DNA from: Anaeramoeba ignava BMAN
Taxonomy: Eukaryota; Protista; Anaeramoebae
Reading direction: 5' to 3'
Assembly (NCBI GenBank): GCA_028826165.1
Contig: JAPDFW010000011.1
Span: forward strand, 62,001 to 126,000
DNA: 64,000 bases
Shown: positions 28,619 through 41,260 of the stretch, in pieces
Numbering within the stretch: position 1 is the first letter of the stretch
Layout: the number at the start of each line of letters is the position of its first letter
Notes under the pieces: generated by a model
Seen by the model: the letters and a program-made list of their open reading frames with translations, nothing else
What the model was told of the DNA's origin: nothing
The model's database searches: none
Translations under genes and position numbers: made by a program

Positions 28619-31600
28619 ATGGAACAAATTCAAAATTTATCAAAAATTTCAGAAATTGCAGAAAAAATCAAGAAATTATTTGAAGAGTCATCAGATTTAT
28701 TACAAGAAATATTAACTTCAATTTCCAAACAACAAGCGAATGAAAAAATCAAAACAACAGTTGAAGATTTCTCACAAAAAAAAGATGAATATTCAAAAAT
28801 AATTGAAGAATATCAAGAAGAATTTGATAAGGTTTTTACTGAAGATAACGAGATGAAGCAAAGCTTCCGAATAAAAGAAACTCTCCCAGTGTCCAAACTG
28901 GAGAATATCATCAAAATCATCACACAAGTTCTTGGCGGAGATCGTAAAATTTACTTGCAAGTCATTATGATGAAAAACGATATTACAAAACGTTGGAATA
29001 CAATTAATTCAAGACTGGAAAAATTGATAGAGCTATATCACGAACAAGAAAAGGAACTGAAGAAGCAAGATCAACAAAATCAAGACAACGAAGTTTACGA
29101 ACTTGAAGAAATGCTTGTTTCTCGCGAAAAAAGTTCTCAAACGGACAAAAATGACCCGGAAATTGTGGATCTTCGTAAAAAATTGATGGAAACCAAAAAA
29201 AAGTTTTTGGATAAGAAAACGAAAGAGACTGATCAGCAGAAGGTAAGAAGAGAAAGCTACGGTCTTGGTCCGCTTCCCCCTATTTGGATGGCAGCTCCCT
29301 TTTTGCTTGAAATTAAGCCTCCAAAACCACGTTTTTCAGAACAAGAAAATGAAAGTGAGAAAAATGAGGAGATAGAAGAAGCAAATGCGGAAATGACAGA
29401 GGAAAACTACGAAGAGAATCAAAAAGTGGAGAACGAGAGTAAGCAAGATAGCGAGATGGATCAAGGGAAGGAATATCAAGATCAAGAAGAATCAATGTCC
29501 AAAAAAAATTGGGAAAATCAAGAAAACTTTGAACAAAAAACAAACGAAAATCCGCAACAGAATCAGGAAACACGGACACAAATAAACGGACCAAATCCTG
29601 CGAAAATTATGGAGACGAATTCAGCGCAGAAAACAATACAAGAAACAAGTTATCAAGCGAGAAATGAGAATATAAACACGAACATTGTAAAAATGAATCC
29701 GATACAAAAGAAGGTTTCGGAGCCAATAAAAACGGCAATCGAGCAAGATCCGCCGCCTCCAAAGCCTCCGCCAAAACCGACGCCTCAAAGAACACCTGCA
29801 AATATACCAGTCAGAAAACCCAGGAATCCTAATGCGAACCAAGTACGAAAAATGGAATCCACAACAACGCAAAATAAGCCAAGAACACTGGCTCGTTTAT
29901 CGGGACCAAAAACAGCAAGAAGAGTTCCGCGAAAGAAACCCACGCATTATAAATCAAACTTTTCTCAAGACAAAACTGTGGATCTTCTTTTTGAATCTTC
30001 TCAAAAAAGTGACGTGAAAAATTACGAAACATTAAGGAAAAAAATACAAGATCCGCAAACATCGCCAATGGAAAGAAAAGAGGTCCAAGCGCCGCAAATA
30101 AAGCCAACAATAACAAGCACTGCACCCAAAAACATTGGGCAGGAATTAATCAACATAGTGGAGAAAGTGGCAAAACCCGAGGTGCAAGTTGAACCGGTGA
30201 AAAAACCGGTAATTAAAGTTGTCAAAGTGTTTCTAATTGACGGATCGTTTAAGACACTTCCGCTCAAAGAAAAAGATACGATCCAAGATCTGATTGGCTT
30301 ATTTATTACAAAAGCACGACTGCAAAATGTTGATGACTTTGTGATGGTGGAAAAGAAAGGATCTGCAGAAAGAATTTTGGCTCCAGAACTTAACGCTTAT
30401 TTCATAAGAAGCCACTGGGAAGATACCAAGGATGATTTCACTCGTTTTGTCTTCAAAAACTCGAAGGAAATCCGAAAAGAAAATGTCGTCGCAAATGAGG
30501 ACAAAATGATCACACGCGTGTATTTCGAAGATGGATCCTATAAAACAATTCCCGTGACAAAGAGAACCACTTGCGCTGATGTCACAAAGACAATGTGCCA
30601 GAAGATCTGGGTCACATCGCTCACTGAATTCGGGATTTTTGAAAAAAGAGAAAATGAAGAAGATCCAAGAATGTGTGAAGAAGATGAAAGGCCAATGGAT
30701 CTCCTCAAATACTGGGAAACAAACTCAGTCGACGCAATTCTTCTCTTCAAGGAAAGCGGTCTGATTTCCCCTGAAAAAACAAAAGTCCTCTGTAACGGAC
30801 TCTATGTCTCGCCAGAAATGGCAAAGCAAATGCAGCAAGAGATGGATCTAACAGGAATTAACCAGATGCCAATGCCACTCAATGCCAATGCAAATGTCAA
30901 TGCAAATGTCAACCTCCAAAACCAAAAGGGGAACAGACTGTCAAACCCAAAACCACTTAACGAAAATTCCCAAATAAATACATCAACCGTTCAAAAACGG
31001 AAACGGTCGACAAAAAAAAGGAGAAGAAGAAAAACCGTCTTTCGAAGGCGTTTTCATGGTTGAAAAAAAGCAAAACCAAAATAGAGAATCAAGATCATCC
31101 ACAAACAACAACAAATCAACCAGTCGCCAATGTTCAGCAAGTACAACAACAAGAAGCACCTGACGCTGGCGAGAATTCAGACAAGCTTCCTGTGATGTCG
31201 ATCCGCGGAGACAAAACAGGGTTTGTTGATATTTTCGATCCACAAACAAATGAGGCATCGCAGGCATATCTGTCGCTTCAAGGCACACGCGTTTACTTTT
31301 TCAAAGACTTCCAGTCCACACGCCCGTCAGGAAACTTTCTTCTCCTCAACGCATCCTTGACGCAAAAAGAGCTCTTTGGAAACAACCAATTTGTATTTAT
31401 TGTTTTAACAATGAACGGCGAGCAATTCCATTTCAAGTGCGATACAAAAGAAAATTGGGAGTCGTGGATTACGGAGATCAAGAAGAGAATAATCACCACT
31501 GGCGCGAAAAAAGATCCGCGGAAGGCGCTTGCAGAGGCGATTACGCGGGGGAAGTCAGGCATTTCTTCTATGAATCCGAAGATTTTAAGTCGAAAAAGAA

Positions 31601-32274
31601 TGGAAGAAATGCAACAACGAACATTTTTGAAATGGATCAATTACCATTTGGAGCATAGTAAGAGCAAGATCCGACCCGTGCAGAATATCGAGAAGGATCT
31701 CTGCGACGGTGTTGCATTAGCCAAGATAGTGGAAGACATCACAGGAGAGACACTGGGAAAAATTATTCCTGATCCAACAGCAATTTTCCAAAAAATGGCC
31801 AATCTCAGTGTTTTTCTCCAGTACCTTAAGTCCAAGGACATTGTTCTCTCCTTCATCTGCGAGGAGGATATTCTCGATGGTGCGGGAAAGAACTTGAACT
31901 TGTTGATCTGGAACTTGATATATCGTCTCGAAAATAACCTATCTCGTAACGAACTGCTTCAGTGGATTCGCGATTCTGTAAATGGTATCCCCGCTGTGGA
32001 TCTTAAATCCATCGAGAACTTCGACTCTTGCTTCAAGTCTGGTGTCTTGCTTAATGCTCTTCTCTTCTCAAAAGACAATTCTTTGCCTCAGCCTTCTTCT
32101 CTTCTTAATAATGATCCTCTTGATAATTTTAAATTGGCTTTTGATAATGCTTTTTCTAAGTTTATGATCCCAAAAATTCTTTCTCCTCAAGACTTTAAAA
32201 CAAGGCCTGATGAGAGATCTGTTATGGCTTATATGATTTTGATGAGGAAACAATTCAATCTTATGAAGAAATGA
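28619..32274 (+). CDS. Intronless cytoskeletal adaptor: coiled-coil, Pro-rich, 2x RA/FERM-N-like, PH, tandem CH (actinin-type)
   Basis: VKVFLIDGSFKT and RVYFEDGSYKT ubiquitin-like modules; PH (LQGTRVYFFK...WITEI); CH1 (QQRTFLKWINYHL, DLCDGVAL) and CH2 (PDERSVMAY). The two track ORFs join with one missing A at about 30993-30997. Confidence 0.75.
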
Positions 32275-32487
32275 TTTTTATCTTTTTATCTTTTTATCTT
32301 TTTATCTTCTTATCTTTTTAGTGTTTTTCTTAAATTGAATAATTATTTCTCATTTCTTCGTTTTTTGATCAAATTGAAAATTTCAAGAACAAAAACAAAA
32401 ACAAAAACAAAAACAAAAATAAATAATAATAATTAAAAGAGTGATTTTTGTTTTTATTATCATTTCTGCAATATTCTTTTTCAGAAA

Positions 32488-35400
32488 TTAAATTCCAATT
32501 GATTTTTCTGCATATTCTCTAACTTTTTTATTGTATGCTTTTCTGTTTTGAACGTATAATTTTGCAGCTTCTTGATTTGCAGGTGAATTTGGATTTGGAT
32601 CTGTTAATAAACTCTAATAGAAATTAAAATAGAAATTTAAATAGAAATTTAAATAGAAATTTAAATTAATTACTTGAATTGAAGTAAGAATTGTATCTAC
32701 AGTATAAACTGGAGACCATTGATTTTGGAGAATATCTAAACAAAGTTCGCCAGATGGAAATACTTTTTTTTTTAATTTAATTTGATTTTGATTTGATTTA
32801 ATTTGATTTAATTTGATTTAATTTTGATTTAATTTTAATTTAATTTGATTTGATTTAATTTGATTTGATTTAATTTAATTTGATTTGATTTAATTTAATT
32901 TGATTTAATTCGATTTAATTTGATTTAATTTGATTTAATTTGATTTGATTTTGATTTAATTTGATTTAATTTGATTTAATTTGATTTGATTTAATTTGAT
33001 TTAATTTAATTTGATTTATTTTGATTTGATTTAATTTAATTTAATTTAATTTAATTTGATTTAATTTAATTTGATTTGATTTAATTTAATTTAAATTGAT
33101 TTGATTTTAATTTAATTTAATTTAATTTGATTTTGATTTAAATTGATTTGATTTTAATTTAATTTAATTTAATTTTGATTTAATTTAATTTGATTTAATT
33201 TAATTTTAATTTAATTTTGATTTGATTTTGATTTGATTTTTTTTTGATTTTGATTTAATTCGATTTAATTTAATTTGATTTAATTTAATTTGATTTAATT
33301 TGATTTAATTTGATTTAATTTGATTTAATTTGATTTTGATTTGATTTGATTTGATTTGATTTAATTTGATTTAATTTGATTTAATTTGATTTAATTTGAT
33401 TTAATTTAAATTGATTTGATTTAATTTGATTTGATTTAATTTGATTTAATTTAATTTGATTTAATTTAATTTAATTTAATTTGATTTAATTTGATTTGAT
33501 TTAATTTGATTTGATTTGATTTAATTTAATTTAATTTGATTTAATTTTAATTTGATTTAATTTAATTTGATTTAATTTAATTTAATTTGATTTAATTTGA
33601 TTTAATTTTGATTTAATTTGATTTAATTTGATTTAATTTGATTTAATTTGATTTTGATTTGATTTAATTTTGATTTGATTTAATTTGATTTGATTTGATT
33701 TGATTTTTGATTTTGATTTAATTTGATTTAATTTGATTTGATTTAATTTTAATTTGTTTTTTTTTTTACTATTTGGATGAAACATTTGAGTAACAAATTT
33801 AACTCTTGGAGGTTTTGAAGGATATTCTTGAGGGAATGATAATTTGAGAGAGAAAATTCCTCCTTCTAAATTTAAAATTAATTAAAATTGAAATTAAAAT
33901 TAAATTAAAATTGAATTTAAAATTGTATTTAAACTTGAAATTAAACTTGAATTTAAACTTGAATTTAAAATTGAAATTAAAATTAAATTTAAACTTGAAA
34001 TTAAACTTGAAATTAAACTTGAATTTAAAATTTAATTTAAAATTGAATTTAAAATTGAATTTAAAATTAAATTTAAAATTGAATTTAAAATTGAAATTAA
34101 AATTGAATTTAAAATTGAATTTAAACTTGTATTTAAACTTGAATTTAAACTTGAAATTAAAATTGAATTTAAACTTGAATTTAAAATTGAATTTAAAATT
34201 GAATTTAAAATTAAATTTAAAATTGAAATTAAAATTGAAATTAAAATTGTATTTAAACTTGAAATTAAAATTAAATTTAAACTTGAATTTAAACTTGAAA
34301 TTAAAATTGTATTTAAACTTGAATTTAAAATTGAAATTAAACTTGAATTTAAACTTGAATTTAAAATTAAAATTAAAATTGAAATTAAAATTAAATTTAA
34401 ACTTGAATTTAAACTTGAATTTAAACTTGAAATTAAACTTAAATTTAAACTTGAATTTAAACTTGAATTTAAAATTGAATTTAAAATTAAATTTAAAATT
34501 AAAATTAAAATTGAAATTAAAATTAAATTTAAAATTAAAATTAAACTTGTATTTAAAATTAAATTTAAAATTGAAATTAAACTTGAAATTAAAATTAAAT
34601 TTAAACTTGAAATTAAAATTAAATTTAAACTTGAAATTAAACTTGAATTTAAACTTGAATTTAAACTTGAATTTAAACTTGAATTTAAAATTGAATTTAA
34701 AATTAAATTTAAACTTGAATTTAAACTTGTATTTAAAATTGAATTTAAACTTGAATTTAAAATTGAAATTAAACTAAATTTAAACTTGAAATTAAAATTG
34801 AATTTAAAATTGAATTTAAAATTAAATTTAAACTTGAATTTAAACTTGAATTTAAACTTGTATTTAAAATTAAATTTAAAATTAAAATTAAACTTGAATT
34901 TAAAATTGAATTTAAAATTGAAATTAAAATTGAATTTAAAATTGAATTTAAAATTGAATTTAAAATTGAATTTAAAATTGAATTTAAAATTAAATTTAAA
35001 CTTGAAATTAAACTTGAATTTAAACTTGTATTTAAACTTGAAATTAAAATTAAATTTAAACTTGAATTTAAACTTGAATTTAAACTTGAATTTAAAATTG
35101 AATTTAAAATTGAAATTAAAATTGAATTTAAAATTGAATTTAAAATTGAAATTAAAATTGAATTTAAAATTGAATTTAAACTTAAATTTAAACTTGAATT
35201 TAAAATTGAATTTAAACTTGAATTTAAAATTGAAATTAAACTTGAATTTAAAATTGAATTTAAAATTGAATTTAAAATTGAAATTAAAATTGAATTTAAA
35301 CTTGAATTTAAAATTGAATTTAAAATTGAATTTAAACTTGAATTTAAAATTGAATTTAAAATTGAATTTAAAATTGAATTTAAAATTGAAATTAAACTTG

Positions 35401-35882
35401 AAATTAAAATTGAATTTAAACTTGAAATTAAAATTAAATTTAAACTTGAATTTAAACTTGTATTTAAACTTGTATTTAAAATTGAATTTAAAATTGAAAT
35501 TTAAAATTAAATTTAAACTTGAATTTAAACTTGTATTTAAACTTGAATTTAAAATTAAATTTAAACTTGAAATTAAACTTGAATTTAAACTTGAAATTAA
35601 AATTGTATTGATTTTATTTTATACCAAAAGGTGTTTCTTCAGGTCCTGTAATTATTGCTTCCCATAGAAAAATATTATCATCAACGATACCTGCAGATAT
35701 TCCCTAAATTAAATTGAATAAATTAAAATGAATAAATTAAAATGAATAAATTAAAATTAAAATTAAAATTAAAATTAAAATCAAATTCGAAATTAAAATT
35801 AATTTTTTTGTACTGAAGGAGGATTTGTTGTCATTGCTTTTAAATCATTTTGTAATCTAATAAAAGAAGGAGATAAATTCAT
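32488..35882 (-). CDS. Ubiquitin-conjugating enzyme E2, Rad6/UBE2A-like, 5 exons
   Basis: [59 protein letters not shown]. Not in the ORF track because the exons are short. Confidence 0.92.
32763..35623. repeat. Two E2 introns (about 32763-33769 and 33868-35623) made of 5-mer (TTTGA/TTTAA) and 6/12-mer (AAATTG/AATTTA/AAACTT) satellites
   Basis: Direct reading; these explain the spurious LNLK ORFs. Confidence 0.9.
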
Positions 35883-36041
35883 TTTATATTTTTTTAATTT
35901 TTTATTTTTTTAATTTTTAATTTTAAAAAACAAATCGGAAAAAAAAAAAAAATGAAAAATAAAAGGAGAAAAAAAAAATAATTTTTTTTAATTTAAAAAA
36001 AAAAGCAAAATCATTTTTTTCTTTTTTAAAATTAAAAAAAG

Positions 36042-37127
36042 ATGGAGGATTTATTAATGGGATTAGGAAATCCGTTATTGGATATTTCAGCAGATGTAGA
36101 AGAAGACATTTTCCAGAAATACGATTTAAAACCAGCTAACGCAATTCTTGCTGAAGAAAAGCATATTCCACTTTACAAGGAGTTAGTTGAGAATTACAAA
36201 GTCAGTTACATTGCTGGAGGAGCGACACAGAACAGCATTCGCGTAGCTCAATGGTTGCTTCAAAGTGAGAACTCCACAACATACTTAGGCTGCGTCGGCA
36301 AAGACAACTTTGGTGAGGAACTGGAAAAGGCTGCAAAACAAGATGGACTTCTTCCGTTATACCAAAAGATCGACACACATCAAACCGGAACATGTGCAGT
36401 CCTTGTGCACAAAAACGAACGTTCTTTGGTCGCAAATTTGGGCGCTGCGAACCACTTCAAAATTACCCATTTGGAGGATCCAGTCGTGAAGAAACACTTC
36501 GAGAACTCGCTTGTCTTCTATTCTGCCGGCTTTTTTATCACCGTATCTCCAGACACCCTTTTCAAAATGGCAAAATTCGCCGCGGAAAATGACCGTGTGT
36601 TCTGCATGAATCTTTCTGCTACCTTTCTTATGCAAGGCCCCTTCTGGGAAACAATGCAGAAGTTGATTCCCTATTGGGACATTATTTTTGGAAACGAAAC
36701 AGAATTTGTTGCTTTTGGAAAAGCAATGAAAATTATCGGCCAAGACGAATCCGAGGAATCCGCGCTTTCCAAAATCAAGGATGTCATGAAAGCTCTTGCC
36801 GAAATGCCAAAAATTAATTCCAAAATGCCACGTGGCGTTATTGCAACCCAAGGAAAAAATCCTACTCTTGTTTACTTTAAGGATTATAAAGACGAGGTCG
36901 TCGAATTCCCTGTTGAACTTTGTCCAAAAGAAGAGTTCGTTGATACTAATGGTGCTGGTGATTCTTTTGTTGGTGGTTTCCTTGCTCAATATTCTCTTAT
37001 GAAAAAGAATAAAAAACCTATTTCAATTCCTGATTGTGTCAAGGCTGCTCATTATGCTGCTGGTTATATCATTAGAAGAAGCGGTTGTTCTTTTTCTGGA
37101 AAGCCTAATTTCGAACTTCTTAAATAA
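36042..37127 (+). CDS. ADK: Adenosine kinase (PfkB family), intronless
   Basis: GLGNPLLDISA, AGGATQNSIRVAQW, RSLVANLGAAN, DTNGAGDSFVGGFL. Confidence 0.96.
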   Translation: MEDLLMGLGNPLLDISADVEEDIFQKYDLKPANAILAEEKHIPLYKELVENYKVSYIAGGATQNSIRVAQWLLQSENSTTYLGCVGKDNFGEELEKAAKQDGLLPLYQKIDTHQTGTCAVLVHKNERSLVANLGAANHFKITHLEDPVVKKHFENSLVFYSAGFFITVSPDTLFKMAKFAAENDRVFCMNLSATFLMQGPFWETMQKLIPYWDIIFGNETEFVAFGKAMKIIGQDESEESALSKIKDVMKALAEMPKINSKMPRGVIATQGKNPTLVYFKDYKDEVVEFPVELCPKEEFVDTNGAGDSFVGGFLAQYSLMKKNKKPISIPDCVKAAHYAAGYIIRRSGCSFSGKPNFELLK

Positions 37128-37139
37128 ATTACAATCCGA

Positions 37140-37920
37140 AAATCAATTCAAAATTCATTTAAAATCAATTTAAAAATTTAATTCAAAAATCAAAATCAAT
37201 TTAAAAATCAAAATCAATTTAAAAATTTAATTCAAAATCCAAATCAAAATCAAAATCAAAATCAAAATCAAAATCAAAATCAAAATCAAAATCAAAATCA
37301 AAATCAAAATCAAAATTAATTTAAAAATCAAAATCAAAATTAATTTAAAAATCAAAATCAAAATCAAAATCAAAATCAAAATCAAAATCAAAATCCAAAT
37401 CAAATTCAAAAATCAAAATCAAAATCAAAATCAATTTAAAAATTTAATCCAAAAATCAAAATCAAAATCAAAATCAAAATCAAAATCAAAATCAAAATCA
37501 ATTTAAAAATTTAATTCAAAAATAAAATTAAAAATCAAAATCAAAATCAAAATCAAAATCAAAATCAAAATCAAAATCAAAATTAATTTAAAAATCAAAA
37601 TCAAAATCAAATCAAAATCCAAATCAAAATCAAATTCAAAATCAAAATCAAAATTAATTTAAAAATCAAAATCAAAATTAATTTAAAAATCAAAATCAAA
37701 ATTAATTTAAAAATCAAAATCAAAATCAAAATCAAAATCAAAATCAAAATTAATTTAAAAATCAAAATCAAAATTAATTTAAAAATCAAAATCAAAATAA
37801 AAATCAAAATCAAAATCAAAATCAAAATCAAAATCAATTTAAAAATTTAATTCAAAAATCAAAATAAAAATCAAAATCCAAAAATCAAAATCAAAATAAA
37901 AATCAATTTAAAAATTTAAT
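37140..37920. repeat. Intergenic (AAAATC)n microsatellite
   Basis: Direct reading. Confidence 0.9.
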
Positions 37921-38142
37921 CCAAAAAATTAACAAATAAATCCAAATCCAAAAAAAAAATTTATTCTTTCTTTTGTGTGTTTTTTTCTTTTTATTTTTTT
38001 AATCATTTCTGAATTTGTTTAATAATTTGTAAATATAAAATTTTGATAATAAATTATTTGATTCTAAATTTTTTTTTTCAAAACAAAAAAAACAAAAATT
38101 TAACTAATTTCACTTTGAATTTTTAATTAAGAAAAATTGTTT

Positions 38143-41115
38143 TTAACAACAATGAGATCTGCCTTTTTTATCTAAAGCTATAGTTTCTTCTTTCTTTTTA
38201 TTTGCACTTTAAAATTTTTGATTTAAAAGTAATTTAATTTAAAAATAATTTAATTTAAAGGTAATTTGATTTAAAAGAGATTTGATTTAAAAATAATTTA
38301 ATTTAAAAGTAATTTAATTTAAAAGTAATTTAATTTAAAAGTAATTTAATTTAAAAGTAATTTAATTTAAAAGTAATTTGATTTAAAAGTAATTTGATTT
38401 AAAAGTAATTTAATTTAAAAATAATTTAATTTAAAAGTAATTTAATTTAAAAGTAATTTAATTTAAAAGTAATTTGATTTAAAAGTAATTTAATTTAAAA
38501 ATAATTTAATTTAAAAGTAATTTAATTTAAAAGTAATTTAATTTAAAAGTAATTTGATTTAAAAGAGATTTAATTTAAAAGTAATTTAATTTAAAAGTAA
38601 TTTGATTTAAAAGTAATTTAATTTAAAAGTAATTTGATTTAAAAATAATTTGATTTAAAAGTAATTTAATTTAAAAGTAATTTGGTTTAAAAATAATTTG
38701 GTTTAAAAATAATTTGATTTAAAAATAATTTAATTTAAAAGTAATTTGATTTAAAAATAATTTGATTTAAAAGTAATTTAATTTAAAAGTAATTTGATTT
38801 AAAAGTAATTTGATTTAAAAGTAATTTGATTTAAAAGTAATTTGATTTAAAAGTAATTTGATTTAAAAAGTAATTTGATTTAAAAGTAATTTAATTTAAA
38901 AGTAATTTAATTTAAAAGTAATTTAATTTAAAAATAATTTGATTTAAAAATAATTTGATTTAAAAATAATTTAATTTAAAAGTAATTTGATTTAAAAATA
39001 ATTTGATTTAAAAGTAATTTGATTTAAAAATAATTTGGTTTAAAAGTAATTTGATTTAAAAGTAATTTGGTTTAAAAGAGATTTGATTTAAAAAAGATTT
39101 TTAAAGGAGTTGAATTTAAAGAGAATTTGATTTATAATTAAATTATTTATTGAATAATTTACCTTTTCAAAGTATTTTTTGCTAAAATATGAAAAGCCTC
39201 TTTAATATTTTCACCAGTTTTGGCACTAACTTCAAGAAAAGGACAATTTTGAGTTTGAGCAAAATTCTATTTTAATATTTTAATATTTATTTTTATTATT
39301 TAATTTAATATTTTTATTATTTAAAAACAAACTTCTCCTTCACTAAAAGAAACTTGTCTTTGTTCTTCAAGATCCTTTTTATTAGCAATTAAAATAAGTT
39401 GTGTATCTTCTGGAGCAGAAGAATTAATCTCTACAAACCATTCTGAAAGTTGAGAAAAACTCTCCTTATTTGTTAAATCATAAGTAATCATAATTCCATC
39501 TGCTGTTCTATAATAAGTATTAGTTATTGATCGAAATTTTTCTTGACCTAATAAATTAACCAATTATTAAATTATTAAATTATTAATTAATAAAAATAAA
39601 TTATAAATTATTAAATTATAAAATAAATTATTAATTATTAAATTATTAAATTATTAAATTATAAATTATTAAATTATTAATTATTAAATTAATCAATTAT
39701 TAAATTAATCAATTATTAAATTAATCAATTATTAATTTATTAAATTATAAATTATTAAATTATTAATTTATAATTTATTTAATTATTAAATTATAAATTA
39801 TTAAATTATTAAATTATTAAATTATTAATTAATTTATTAAATTATTAAATTATTAATTTATTAAATTATTAAATTATTAAATTATTAAATTATTAATTTA
39901 TTAAATTATTAAATTATTAAATTATTAAATTATTAAAATTATTAAATTATTAAATTATTAAATTATTAAATTATTAAATAATCAATTATTATTAAATTAT
40001 AAAATTAATCAATTATTAAATTATAAAAATTAATCAATTATTAAATTATAAATTATTAAATTATTAAATTATTAAATAATCAATTATTAAATTATAAAAT
40101 TAATCAATTATTAAATTATTAAATTATTAAAATTATTAAATTATAAATTATTAAATTATTAAATTATTAAATTATAAATTATTAAATTATAAATTAATCA
40201 ATTATAAATTATTAAATTAATCAATTATTAATTATAAAATTATTAAAATTATTAATTATAAATTATTAAATTATTAATTTATTAAATTATTAAATTATTA
40301 AATTATTAAATTATTAAATTATTAAATTATTAAATTATTAAAATTAAATTATTAAATTATTAAATTATTAAATTATTAAATTATTAATTTATAAATTATT
40401 TAATTATTAAATTAATCAATTATTAATTATAAAATTATTAAATTTATTAAATTATAAATTATTAAATTATTAAATTATTAAATTATTAAATTATTAAATT
40501 ATTAAATTATAAATTATTAAATTATAATTTTATTAATTTATTCAATTATTAAATTATTAAATTATTAAATTATTAAATTATTAAATTATTAAATTATTAA
40601 ATTATCAATTATTAAATTATTAAATTATTAAATTATTAAATTATTAAATTATAATTTATTAATTATAAATTATTAAATTATTAAATTATTAAATTATAAA
40701 AATAATAAAAATAAATTATAAAAATAATAAAAATAAATTATAAAAATAATAAAAATAAATTATAAAAATAATACCTGCTGTATCCCACTTTAGTTTTTTA
40801 AATTGAAAAGTTTTTTTTAAATTAAATTTTTAAATTAAATTTTTAAATTAAATTTTTTTTAAATTAAATTTTTAAATTAAATTTTTAAATTAAATTTTTA
40901 AATTAAATTTTTTTTAATTGTACAATTTGTAATTTAATTGGCTTTTTATGTATAATAATATCTGCAAACCGAAAATCTACTCCTATTGTTGAATCAGTTT
41001 CTGTTCGAAATTTTGATTCACAAAAATTTAAAAGAACACAACTTTTACCAACATTTGAATCTCCAACTATTAAAATTTTTAATACTCTTGATGAATTTGA
41101 TTGATTGAATTCCAT
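38143..41115 (-). CDS. Rab GTPase (Rab1/8-related), 5 exons including a 13-nt micro-exon
   Basis: GDSNVGKS, TIGVDF, WDTAGQEKFRSIT (micro-exon 40775-40787), ANKKDL, EVSAKTG and a C-terminal CC prenylation motif. Confidence 0.92.
38215..39100. repeat. 16-bp intronic minisatellite (AAAAGTAATTTRATTT)n
   Basis: About 50 copies inside the last Rab intron. Confidence 0.9.
39560..40770. repeat. 8-bp intronic repeat (AAATTATT)n
   Basis: Fills Rab intron 2. Confidence 0.9.
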
Positions 41116-41260
41116 TTCCAAAGAAAAGAAAAAAATTGAAAAGAAATTGAAAAGAAAAAAAATGAAAAAATTTTTTTTGCTTTAATTTTTTAATTTATAA
41201 TTCTCAAATCAAAATTCTTTCTTTTTAAATCACATTTTAAAAAAAAAATTGAAATTAAAA

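Noticed and set aside
33911-35667. Long + strand LNLKL ORFs (288 and 293 aa)
   Set aside because: They are stop-free frames of an intronic satellite inside the minus-strand E2 gene.
36042-37127. Intronless, GC-richer ADK as a bacterial horizontal transfer
   Set aside because: The motifs are eukaryote-type adenosine kinase, and other long exons show the same composition.
38215-39100. Regular 16-bp repeat resembling a CRISPR array
   Set aside because: There are no unique spacers and no cas genes, and it lies inside a eukaryotic intron.
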